From: Trichoplax adhaerens | Lineage: Eukaryota; Animalia; Placozoa | Reading direction: 5' to 3' | Length of the DNA stretch: 64,000 bases | NCBI RefSeq assembly: GCF_000150275.1 | Contig: NW_002060955.1 | Span: 660,886 to 724,885 of the forward strand | Part shown: piece by piece, positions 51,511-64,000 of the stretch | Position numbering within the stretch: position 1 is the stretch's first letter | How the letters are laid out: the number at the start of each line of letters is the position of its first letter | The notes under the pieces: generated by a model | What the model saw: only the letters and a program-made list of their open reading frames with translations | The model's database searches: none | Told to the model about the DNA's origin: nothing | Program-made: the position numbers and the translations under genes

Positions 51511-53790
51511 TTATGGATGGGACATTGTACTATTGTGCTTTATTAATATTTTTCGACATCGGCTAATATAGTATTGCTTGGTGCAATCTTGACATTTTTC
51601 TCGATAACTTTTTAAATTAAATTGGCAGTTACATTTTACGCTTTGCGTGGATTTGGTAATGTGATAACCATAATCACAGCACATTTCTTCACACGAAATT
51701 TCACCAGCTTTAGCATACAAATGACATCGCCTACCAGCAACGCCAGTGATTCTATATTTCTTGTTTTTAGCGCAATAGTCAGGTGATGGATCAATATAAA
51801 TTAGTTCGTTGAGTTTAGGTAATCTTGCTCTCGAATTGTTTATTTTAATTACCAATTTGGTCTTGAGTCCAGTTTGCGGGTCTTTAGCTGAAGATTTCGC
51901 AAACATTGCTTTTTTGACTAGATTGGTTATTATGCGTTTTATATCCTTATCTGACGGTATATGAAAGAAGCAGGTACTGATAATGCTCATTTCCCCAAAA
52001 TAATTGCAATGAACTTTTACTATTTTCTTTATTGCCTTATTTTTAAAGGAAAATAAAATCAGTTTGAAGAGGTTAGAAAAGAGTTTGATGATAAATATAT
52101 ATAGAATTGCATGATTTTCAAAATGGCTTAAAATGGCTTAAATTTTCTAGTAACAACTTAGATCCTTTTTAATAGTGTAAATTATAAAATTATGGAACGG
52201 AAATATAGTAAGCTGTACAATTTTATAGTTTTTTTTTCTCTAAAGTAGAAATTATAAATCATATACTATCCATGCGATATAAATTTTTAATTAAATTTTA
52301 GTCTAAATTATTACATGAATTGCAACGCGGTGGTTGTGTTCTTCCATTAAACGACGACGATCAGATATTCTAGCACTATTTAGAAAGCTTTCCACAATTC
52401 CGAATATTCTGTGACATCTTTTAAGATGCTTATGCATATTTTCACCAGTGCTAGCATTCAAACCAGGACAGATATTTAGAGTTGTTCCAGATAAGCATTT
52501 CCTTACGCTATTGCGGGCTACTGTTGCTGCAATATATGCAGTTCTTATAGCAGCTTCCTTACTACCTATAATTATTAAAATTAAACCGATAAATGCAATA
52601 AGATTCTAAACTGCAACTAGAAAAGTAAATTTAATGCATTATACCGGTACATCTGCATGTAGTCAATATACTTATCATAAATCATATAAAATGATATTAC
52701 ATTAGAATTTTAATAAAGTAGATTAATATAATAACGTCTATAAGTTATATTACGCAATTTACCGATTGGTATTGCCTGAAATCGTATAGCTGACGACTCC
52801 ATATTGGTTTTACAATTCCAACGGTGAAAGCGGTATTTTTGACGACATAATCGTATGCCTGCTTTTATCCCATTATCAATTAGTTCAGGTAAAATTGGGC
52901 ACTTTTTGCAATGGCCAAATTGTGTTGTAGTTAGATCTAATAGTTTGCAAGGATTAAGAGATCCACTATCGATTGAGAGAGAAAGGAAATTTATTTTAAA
53001 CAAGACAATATCTTGATTAAATTGTATATTGAATTACTTGATCAAATTTATTAATATAGAGTTTATAATATGCGGATATGTAATATATTCAGAATTCACC
53101 AGTAGCACAATTGCAGCAGCATTGGTTTTAAAACATTGCTGTAGTCTACTATAAATATATAATTAATGTCATTTCCTGGCAATTTAAATTTTACTGTTAT
53201 AATTACTTTAAATTCGATTTTGTTTAATTTCAAAGGATATTTTATATAGGAGCATATACATTTTCTAAAGTTATTACATCTATTAATTAAATGATCTTGT
53301 AAAATTTTGTATAATTGGTTATTAAGTTATAGAAACAAATTTTGTCTCTTCTTTGACAAGGGTATATATCTATAGTAATTTGAACATTATTTCAAATGAA
53401 GCTTAATCAATTGGGTAAGTTTAATGTCTATTCAAAAAATGTATCTCTGAAATAAAGTTTTTACAATTTGAGAAATTAGAAAATATTGCATGGCTTTCTA
53501 ACATAACTTGTAATAAAATAAGATAAAAATTTTGTACGTTAATAATATGAACTTTATTAACAGTAAGTCCTTTGTAAATTATTGACGCAATTTAAACAGA
53601 ATCCGCAGACAGAGCTTACAGTGTTTTAAGAAATACAAAATACGAATTTTAAAACAATCTTTGTAGTTTTTAATGATCAATGGCGTTTATGATTTGATAA
53701 AATAGCTAATTACCTGGCATAGGGTAGAAATATGGCCAAAAAGAGCATATGATGAAGCTGATAAGAATGATATTGTTGATTATTAGTCAT
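51511..53790 (-). CDS. Wnt: Divergent Wnt-family ligand, 4 exons, ~351 aa
   Basis: Exons 53714-53790 (hydrophobic MLFLAIFLPYA signal-like), 52763-52965 (GIKAGIRLCRQKYRFHRWNC), 52315-52565 (GSKEAA...RRLMEEHNHRVA), 51511-52035 (LIYIDPSPDYC...GVAGRRC...CEEMCCDYGY...CNCQF...CQDC...C). Splice phases 2/1/0 give one uninterrupted 1056-nt frame. Subfamily not assignable. Confidence 0.92.
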
Positions 53791-56700
53791 GATTCTTCCT
53801 GATCATTTAGTCAACAATGTCAAATCAGGTTATCAAGGAATGAATATCACGAGCGACCTAATGTTGAAATGGCGGTTTAAGAAATTAGCGATGCTATTTA
53901 AAGCTTAAGACATAAAGTCTGTCTTATTATTAATATTATGAATCATATAATTTTATGTGGGTGCTTTCGTTCATATCTAGTAGCATGTCAATGTAATTAA
54001 AATTTTGAATGTAGATGCTATTATAATTATTTATTGAGTTTATTAATGAATTGAAATTTCTTCCAACATGAATATTGTACAACTTGAGACTATGACAGTT
54101 TTCACCTGAAGTATCTTCAATTAACTCAATTTATCGAAAGGTTAAATAAAGCGAACTATTCTTTATCATTTGCGTACGCTTATATATATTCATAAATAAA
54201 AGTTTTACTACAATTAATATAAAGTCTATTTAGGGAAGTATCAGCCAATTAGCCAGGGAATTAGAAATTTATTATTACGAAGTAACTTAATACAATTACT
54301 GTAAAACATTATTGTTAACACTATTTACTATCAATCGAATAAGAAAATAATTAAATAGAACTAAATTTGGTTATTAATACTGATATTCAATATAAAATTA
54401 GTTCCTATAATGACAAAAAATAAAAAATAAATTCGATTGTTCTAAATTTACAATAAATCATAGATGGATCTATTACTGTTATATATTATTTCTGTTTTGA
54501 TATGAACATTAGGTTAGCAATAAATCTAATATAGCTTTTGAAAAGACTATTGAACATAACTGATCTATTTCACTTAATTAAAATGTGGAAATACGGAGAC
54601 CATTATTTATTAATTTTATTGTATCTGATGGTACTTAGACAAAAACAAAAATTATACTCTATTCTTATTCATTTTCTCCTATAGCTTCTAAATATAATGT
54701 ATATCTCTATTGCTCAATGAACAGTACTTTATCCAGGACTATGCATATCAAATTTGCTATCAATTTATAAAGCATACAAATACACACAAAATTTAAGGCA
54801 TTTATATATAAGAATAGAAAGAAAGAGAGAAATTTTAAGATGTAGGAATACATAAACGAGCAAATATAATATAGATATTAATATTAAATCTCTTCCTCAT
54901 TTATTAAATAGTAATTTTTTAAGTGGATTTTAACATTCATTTTCGGCCTTGTAGTTTTTTTATTACATATAGATACAAATGTCAAGTTGATTGCTACTGT
55001 TTTTGTATAATTGGGTATTTAATATCTGGAAATGGGATTTCAATGTTATTATTAGCTGATAATTGAAATTATTTGTCTTTGCTGGAAGTTTAGATTTTCC
55101 GAGAATTAATGTTTTCGAAGATTATTTGCCTGAGTATTGGATAAAAATGGACCACAGTTGCTCAAAAAAGGAGATAATCAACAAATAACCAAATTATAGT
55201 GACTTTAAAAGATAGAATAATTTATAAGGATAATAAGGATAAAATGTCCATGGTAAAATGATATTCACAGAGATGTCTTAAAATGTGAATTTTCTGCATA
55301 GTATTAACTGCACATAAAGTTCAAAAACAAAACATATTTGAAAGCTTAAATATCTTGATAAATAGTTGAAAACTAGTACATAGAAAGTTACAGCATCGTA
55401 ATACAGTTTATCCGTGTGCAAAGATATGATCAAAAATCAATTTAAAATGAATGTTAGTTTTATTACTCATGTCATACACGTAAATACGTAAATTTTACCG
55501 TATTTATATGATAATGCCAATTCGATAATTTTTCATCCATCTGAAGTAATCTTGAGTTATATAAATTTAAATACTCTATATGCAAAGTTAAATTATTTAC
55601 TCTACCGCTAATACACTAAAATGAGAAAATTTAGAATTCTAAGAGAGTAAGTGAATAATATTCACACTTCTATTACATACATGTATTCTAATTTTTATTG
55701 ATAGCTCGCCAAATTGATGACTACAAGTGCGTAAATTGAATAAAGATGAAAGTTTTATTTACATTAAATGATAGATAATTATCTTTAGATGTGCAGATTA
55801 TTTAAAATTACTTAGCTATTAGCCTTAATTATGTTTCCACAGATGCGATATGAATATTTAAATGCTATGTCTAGCGGCGCTGCAACAAAACGAAAATCCA
55901 CGTACAGATTTTCGATGTGATAGCTGTAATTAATATCTAATTAGGATTTTCTTAATCTCCCATTTAGTCTATACTTTGTACAATAGCTTTAAGTAATAAT
56001 TAGTTTCAACCTTATTGCCCAGATACTATCTATACTGTAAAATCAACTTTGCAAATGAATGACCTACTGACCGTCTGATATTATTTGTAGTTGAATCAGC
56101 CTTTCATTTATAACATTTTACCATTCTGCTCTCATGCTACTATGCTTAATTAAATAAACTGAAATTCACCGTTGAATCGATAAAACATCTAAGATATGCG
56201 ATTCATTGAGAGGTATTATCTCTCTATATTGTATGTACAGTATTCTGTCTCTTTGAAAAATTTCCGAAAACTCAAATAACAGGAACCAATTTTATACCCT
56301 TCAAATTATACCTTGCTACCTGATTGATCATTGGCTCATTTATATAATCCAACTAGTTACTACTTCGGATAACGTTGCTCGATTTTATGGACTATACCTG
56401 TACCAAAACTTATCAGGCCAATTTTTAAGCCTAATAGTGTGTTTTAATAAATTGTTTAGGTCATCAAATGATATCAGTTAACTTTATTATCCATTTGGCG
56501 AAGCGATAACTATCTTGAAATCTATCAAATAACTTGAAATGTATAGATACATTAGAATAATAGATTTAAAGAAAGATTTAGAGACACTGTAGAATATACT
56601 TCACTAATTACTGTCTATCTTATAATACAATCTCAGCTAGATATAAGAATCAAGTAGCACAAAATTCCCTAATACTGATTATGGCTTGAACTAACTCTAT

Positions 56701-59700
56701 CAAAAGATTTGCCTTATATTAATGCTTTCCATATTGTAAAGGCCACTACCGTTCACCTTTATTTTTATTATGTGTTAATAGGAGATTGCTTGTTTTTTTA
56801 ATTTTAGCTTTCGGTTACTTTATTTAAAGGCTGTAAATTAAGGAACTGACTTCTATTTTCGTTATTTTTGTTAATTATTAGCAGTAGTATTATACTATTG
56901 TATCTAATGCAATGTTACTGGTATAGAAACGTATAGAAATATGAATGAGTAACTAAAATGATAAATACAATGATAAATGATACTTAAGGTAATTAATTAG
57001 ATCAAGGCATTGTATTTACGCTACAAGTCACTTATTAATATTTTTACTAGAATTCTGCGTTGTATTCAATTTCTTTTAAAAGTGTTATTTAACAATTGTG
57101 AATACGTAGGAATTAATATTAGTAATTAACTATTTCCTGCTAATAAGGTACATTTATGGATAAATAGTTCGTAAGCAAGATATAAAAGCACTTACTCTTA
57201 TAACGTACTGCTATAGTACCATTAGTATTATTAAGTATAAATTTTATAATTTTGGACATTAAAATTTACTTAAGTAAAATAGGTCTTAAAATAGGACATT
57301 TATATATTTAGAAGATCCTTATGTATTAGCTGATGTACCGATACCTTACTGAGACTAAATATAGTAAAACTATTAATAGAGTCTTTTGATATTACGATAA
57401 TGATTATATGTTTAATGTTATAGTCGCCTTATGTTGTTCTAGACAAGAGTCTTAGAAAAAGTGGGATAACATAGAAAAATCTATTTATTTATTTAGTAGA
57501 GTGATGAAAATCTAAATTAAGATATAGAGATAGCAATAATAGTATGTTTATGCACCGATGTTTTGTATATAACTAGGGTTTCTCTTAAAATTAACATAAG
57601 TTTTGTTAACGACTATAGTTCAAAACTTGACTTTGTGGCTTTAAGTTAACTTAAGTTTTTCTAGTTTCAACTACTGAGTTGTGACACTTACAAACTAAAT
57701 TTCGTAATAAATGATTGTTTAGTGTTTTATGCTTATAGCTCGTCAAGTGATCCACCCACGCAGTATAAATTTAAAATAATTTGTTCCAAATTTACGATTT
57801 CTATACCTTTTTTATGCCATCATTAAAGAAAGCGGAAACAAATCAGCTGCTTTATGACTTTAATTGATAAAAATTAATAACGGCCTATTTGTATTTCTAC
57901 TAACATCCAGTATGGTGGCTATATTTTTAGACTGCAGGTAAAAATTTAAAATATGACGAAATATATTATTATAGTACTATGAAGTGTCATTAGATAAAAA
58001 TAGACACTGTCGTGTTATATATTAATAAATAATAATTATAATTAATGTAATGATTCTAATTACCGGAATCCAATAATAAACTAATCAATAGTAAAAAAAT
58101 AAAGTGACCTAGATCGTTCGTTTGACTGTAAAGCTACAAGTTAAATTTCTTGCTCTGTTGTCTAGTCTAGGATTACGCAAAAAAAATTATCCACTCCCTT
58201 CTACTATGATTATTCATGGCATAAGTCAATGCTACTCTGTGTAAGTTAAGCTTTAACAAATATACCATTAATTAAAGAACATTAGTAATTGATGCGGTTC
58301 CGGTTACTTGCTGTGTGCTTTCTTACACAATTTAATGCAATAGTTCAAATATACGCTTTACCACAGTTCAGATGCTAGCAGTATTTGTGTATACTATTAC
58401 GTACATTTACTACACTTAAACATTATTTATCTTTCCTCTAAGCACATGCTACAGCTATAATATCAGACAATTCATTAGAAAGATACAGGGAGTATGTTAA
58501 TTTTGCATTTTTGAATCTATTTATCTATTTACATAACCTGTGTGTATAATTTATAATATCATACTGTTGTAATTATGCAATGACACGTGAATAAAATTGC
58601 AAAGTCAGTTCTTACTCTTGTAACATTAAGTAGGCTCAGACACATTTCTTTCTTAAATATTCAGTAATTATTTGAAAAGAATACAGTTTTACTGATTTAA
58701 TAATGAAAACGCTAAGAAACATTTCATCATCAGTAATAAACTATATACTTTTACACCCCTTTACAGTTTAATTTTGATGCTAAATAAATTTATGAATTTG
58801 CACGATATGCTGAGATACTGCATTTAATATCATATTTGGCAAGGATGTTCAGCGTTCATCCAAATTTAACAGCTTTATTATCAAACCCGCTGGGAAAAGA
58901 ATTCGTGATTGTATGATTTAAATAAAAAGTATCTATCATATTCTGAAAGATATTCAAAATCATAAAAAGGTTTTATATTAAGATTTAATGAAGTGCATCT
59001 ATTGATGTTTAACTAGTGAAGGCCCTTCCATTTATGCTTTTTACATATAAAATTTGATTAGCTATTGTTTAATGGCTAGAAACTATTTACTGCTTTGATA
59101 GTAAATATGCTATATCAAGTGTAGCAAATTATTACTGCCTATCCAACGTTGTTTCGTACATTTATGTACTTGTTAGGTCAATCCCTAACATGATCATTGA
59201 AGATACTTGATATTTGATTGAATGAGTAATATAGCAGCCTATGTGTATGCTATTGATATGAAATAGACATATTTATTTTGTTTAGAATGTATTCAACTTA
59301 CGTACTAGACATAGGATTGCTAACGCAGTAAAGTAAAGTCATTTCTTATTTACGAATTAAAGTTGCTAGTTTTGATTGTAACTATACTTATGATCACTGC
59401 TATTCAAGAAAGACCAATGCTTATGATTGATTTTTTTTAACTATCAATATCAACTAAAATTACATTTATGATCATAGAATAATAGTTACATTAAACTACG
59501 TTTTCCCAAAATCGATGAAAGATCAATTAAATAATATATACCAAAAGATGAAATAATGCTAGATTTGATTCTATAACTTATAAGATACGGATAAATTAGG
59601 CAACGTAGATCTTGCATTAGGGTTTGCTTAGACAGTTATTAATATCAATAATATCAAGCTTATTTAAAGTTTGTAAAAGAGCGTCGAAAGTTGATCGGCT

Positions 59701-62700
59701 TTAAACTTTCCATGACTGTATTACTGTGAAATTCAATAGAAGGAGGTACTACTGTATCGCTATTTCAAACTGATAATGAAATGAATTCTCAAAATAAAAT
59801 ATAATTTTCTCACTTACCCTTTAGACTCCTCTCTTATTTACGACTAGCACCTTCACATATGATTAGCTGTTTACATCAACACAATTATCGTTGACGGTTA
59901 AAATTGGCATTACTTTATTTTCGAGCTTGAAAAGAAATGCAAGACAATTTAATTCTTTGATATTGCTATTCTAGTCTTTTAATTGTTATAGTGGTCATTT
60001 ACAAATAAGATTTGTCTGACGAATCCGATAGTAACCTAAATAACAACTAATAGCTTACTATAGCCTCAAGCAATCGTAAATGCGAATAAAGCTTTTAGCG
60101 AAATACGTTAAGTTTGTACTAGCTTTAATGACAACAATCAATCTCCAATCCTTCATCACAATATGTTCACAGACCCTTAATGATTAGAATTACAGTCTTC
60201 TCTCATAAGCAGCGGCTTTGTCTCTCATTCATGTTATAAATTTTAATTCTCAGACGTTATGTCAATAATAAACAAAAAAATGAACCATAATATATTATGG
60301 AATAATAAATACGCTAAAATTATACTTATTTACCTAAGCGTGATTTAACTGAGATAATGCGAATACATTATGCTATTTTTTTCTCGAGAGATTTTTTAAA
60401 CAAGTTAATACCATAAAGTTGATTCTATTCTTAGAACTTGTCGTACGATATATTTAGTTTCTTATATTCATAGTAATAATTCAAAATGCTACCTTATTTT
60501 CTCTTTAATCGATAGTAAATAAGTCTAAATCTGATTATATTGGCATAGCATGTCTAAAGGAAGCTTTCGATTGCTTATACGAATTCTTTACTACCCTTAA
60601 AACAAAAATTTAGTGCATTTATAACTCACTATTTCATTAAGCTTCCTGGCAATGCGCATTCATTTATTTGCAGTTAACTGTCTATTAATATTTTCATTAG
60701 CGTAATGTCATCATTTCTGATTACTGAAATTAATAGAAAAAGATCATTATAATAACATTATGCTTTATAGTGCCTTTAAGTTATTGTTAATAAAACTGAA
60801 GGTTGAGAAAAGTGGTGTTAGCGCTTTAACATGAAAGCAAATATCGATTAAATGCCACACTATGTTGGTACATATAAGTTTGATTGATGAGAGCTTGATT
60901 AAAACTAAATTAGAAAGATTTTATCTTGATATCAAAGAGGAGATGGTGGTAGTAACTCCGTATACAATTAAGAATTAATCTCAGTGCGTACTATCTGTAG
61001 TCATAATAAAGCATTTGTAGTTAAGCTATCGTAATATTTACTTGTAGTAACTTACAATTCATAGCATATACGATTGCACAATTTAACCAATTATATTAAT
61101 GTCATATTATAGAAAGCTCAGATGTTACCTATATATCGAAATCTATCATTATTGGATACGTAATAAATTGCTATTCATAAGAGGAGTATCCATTACTATC
61201 TATACCATTCAAGGATGGCTTCATTAACTAATATACTGGCACATATGTGTACAAAATAATCTCAGTCATCCAGATTATGAAAACTGCCGCTGACATTAAA
61301 CGGCAAGGCTTACGTTAGAAAGTAATCAACTATATGTATATAAAAATTATCTGTGAGCTACCATACTGTATAGTTCGCTATAAAATTAAATTATAAAAAA
61401 CTATACATAAATGATCTAGATCGAAAGTAATGTTTTGTGCTTTAACAAATATATTTCGTAACTAGTTTTGTTACTTGCTAAGTTGATTAAAAATCGTTAA
61501 CGAAGTGCCAGTATTATAGTAAATAAAAACAAGCTTAATGGAATATAAGTAAGCTGTGTAATATAATTAATAATCTTATCTGTTTTTAATACGGAAGATA
61601 AATGTAAGATGTACCAAGTTAAATTACGCTATGTTCAGATCCAGACGATGATAACAGCACCAAGGACGGTGGGATAAAAAGCTTATATGTAAATGAATAG
61701 AGATAATGCGGGTAGGGTCGATTGATTTAATAAGCCCATAGATCAACTAAACAGTTAAGGTCATTAAATATGAATAGATAAAAGAAAAGAATATCAGTGA
61801 CCTTTAAAGTTATTTTAATCAGCTATTTTTGCCATAGGCAAATCTTATATCAGCTGAATGATGAGTGGCATGGAACAGTAGGGTCGTTGTGCAACTTTAT
61901 CAATTATAATTTAATATTACGTTAGAATTAAAACAAAGCCAAGTTCAATTGTAATTGCCATTACGATAATCTATACAATTAAAACGCGATTCTTTTCTTT
62001 AAATTAATCATTTTTTTTATTGGCCGTAATTTTAAAGCATCTAAGATTAAAACCTATTCGTAAAGGCACAAATTAATTAATTCTATCGCTTGACACGACT
62101 TTAATTAATCTCTAGTGGTAAATGATTTAATTTGCACCAAAACTACCATTTAGATACAAGAAATCGTTAAATAGCATCAGAATTGATGTTATGTAAAACC
62201 AGTAAACTTATTTATCAGCGCAATATCAAATATTGAATATCTGCAACAGCGAACTCTCTATGTTTTAGTACCCAGCATGAAATTTCATGTTTAAATGCTT
62301 ACAAAAACAATTGAATCGATTGCAAAGCTGAGCATTTTAACATCACAAGGCTGATATTAGCTTCGCTAACAAATTTTCCGTTATAAGCTAAAATGGATTT
62401 TGCTATTATTAAAAGTGAAATATTGAATTATAAGCTATTGACCAAAGTAGAACTTTAAATCTTAACACTACCTGCACAAGTAACGCCCGTGGATATTTAA
62501 ATTTCACTTTTACGATATATACGAGCATTCGTACAAATATATATATATATATAAATTCATGAACATTCTTCTGATTATTGCTATTGCAATGGTCATTTTG
62601 ACCGATAAAAACCATTAACATCTGGAAAATGTCGTTATAAATTAGTATTATATTATGATGAGATTGTATAGCATGCCAATCTACAATTTTACGCAGGCGC

Positions 62701-62914
62701 TATACACTGACGAAAGACTGTTTTAAATTCTTACTTTCTGGTTGCATACGAAATCACCAAGCTGATCAAGTCCAGTAGATCCGGAAATAATATATCATAT
62801 GGCTGGCTAATCTACAACCTTATGTCATGTACTCGAAGGTATTTTAATTTGATTTCTTTTTCTATACAATTTTAGCACGTCTTATCGAGCAATATATTTT
62901 TAACTTTTTTGATG

Positions 62915-64000
62915 TTAGTAGTAAATCTTGTCCACTTTCTTCAAATTGATCTTTAAGAATTCTGGTTTATCTCTTTCTTCTTCTTGAATTCTATCAGCCT
63001 TAATAGGAGATAAATATAAAAATGGAGTGGCTCAATCAAATACTGAAAGTCTTTTAGATAACATCTTGAATTTGTTTGCTAAAGTTCAAGAAACGATGGA
63101 ATTGCTACGACTATCAAGATCAAATAATCACAAATGGAGTATTAGATAAAAGTAATTAATTCACTTTAAATTATCGCAAAAGGAGCACTAGCTGAGTAGA
63201 TAAAAGGAATTGATAAAGTTCAAACTATCGTAAGAAAAGCTTTAGCTGATTAAATAAAAGGAATTTTAAATGAGAAAACAACGGTATATTGTATGTTACT
63301 TTATTGTATCCTTCTAAGTTTAACTATAACATGCTGAAAGAGGAATCGCCCTGATACCCGGAGGATCCTGTTAAGGTTATTGTCATAGTTTTGTTTTATA
63401 CAGCAAGCTATTCATCTGGATTGTCCTGGCCAGCTTAATAAACTACTTATTTAGAGCTTTAGCTAAAATATCCTGAATAAACTATTACATAAATGTTTAA
63501 TTAGTATCCATAAGCGAAAGCTTCGAAGGAGTTATGCCTAATAATGAATTTCGATGGGTAATTAGTTCCCTGATGCTTCATTAGTAATAGCTATCGTAGC
63601 CATGAAGAATTTTAACTTACTCGGAATCTTCATACCAACACTGTTACATGTGACATCATATTTCGGGCTCAATATTAGTCTACTAGTTATCCTCACACTA
63701 ATACTAAGCTGAAATCACGTAACAAGGATTTATGTACCATTGAAAGATTTAAATTTATAAGAAGCTCTATCAAAATCTCCCTAGGATAAAGTCCTACTCC
63801 AAGAATGGCTTTATTGGAGTAGTATAGGTGCGACAGCTATGGTACATAATACCGTAATTTGTAAAGTTAAGAGAATTTCGAGATTAATTAGATTTAATGC
63901 TAATAGTTTTACAGTATTTATATAAAGTACTTCCGTGTACCACGTCTTAGATCTAGTGAAATTACTGTATGTAGGAAGTTTACCCTTTGAATACGGTTGG
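62915..64000 (-). CDS. Probable 3' end of a FAM107/DUF1151-like gene entering from the right edge
   Basis: Terminal exon 62915-62998 after a pyrimidine-rich acceptor: ADRIQEEERDKPEFLKINLKKVDKIYY*, similar to the FAM107 C-terminus (KLQEEQENAPEFVKVKGNLRR). A phase-matched donor agg|gtaaac at 63983 ends an exon reading NRIQR. Only ~32 residues visible. Confidence 0.45.

Noticed and set aside
63325-63700. Minus-strand fragments faintly like a CUB domain (LSPKY..., TMTITLTGSSGYQGDSSFSML)
   Set aside because: Multiple stops and too little similarity to support a call.

Overview
AT-rich (roughly 30% GC by eye) eukaryotic genomic DNA with compact, intron-rich genes. Dystrophin plus Wnt make it an animal; short introns and composition suggest a placozoan such as Trichoplax (inference only). 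Left to right: the 5' part of a dystrophin/utrophin gene (-, runs off the left edge), about 16 kb upstream of it tiled with old tandem arrays, adenylate kinase 9 (-), a divergent promoter region with an RFX X-box, CTGTACAG-rich islands and a long hairpin, ZNF277 (+), MDM1 (-), about 7 kb with no recognisable gene, a highly divergent Wnt (-), about 9 kb of non-coding DNA, and the probable 3' end of a FAM107-like gene (-) entering from the right edge. Most notable: (1) an intact Wnt that has lost both the Porcupine-acylation hairpin and the Frizzled-binding index-finger tip; (2) a ~145-160 nt strand-biased hairpin between AK9 and ZNF277; (3) palindromic CTGTACAG islands concentrated near gene 5' ends. 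All gene models were spliced by hand and homology calls come from remembered protein motifs; no searches were run.
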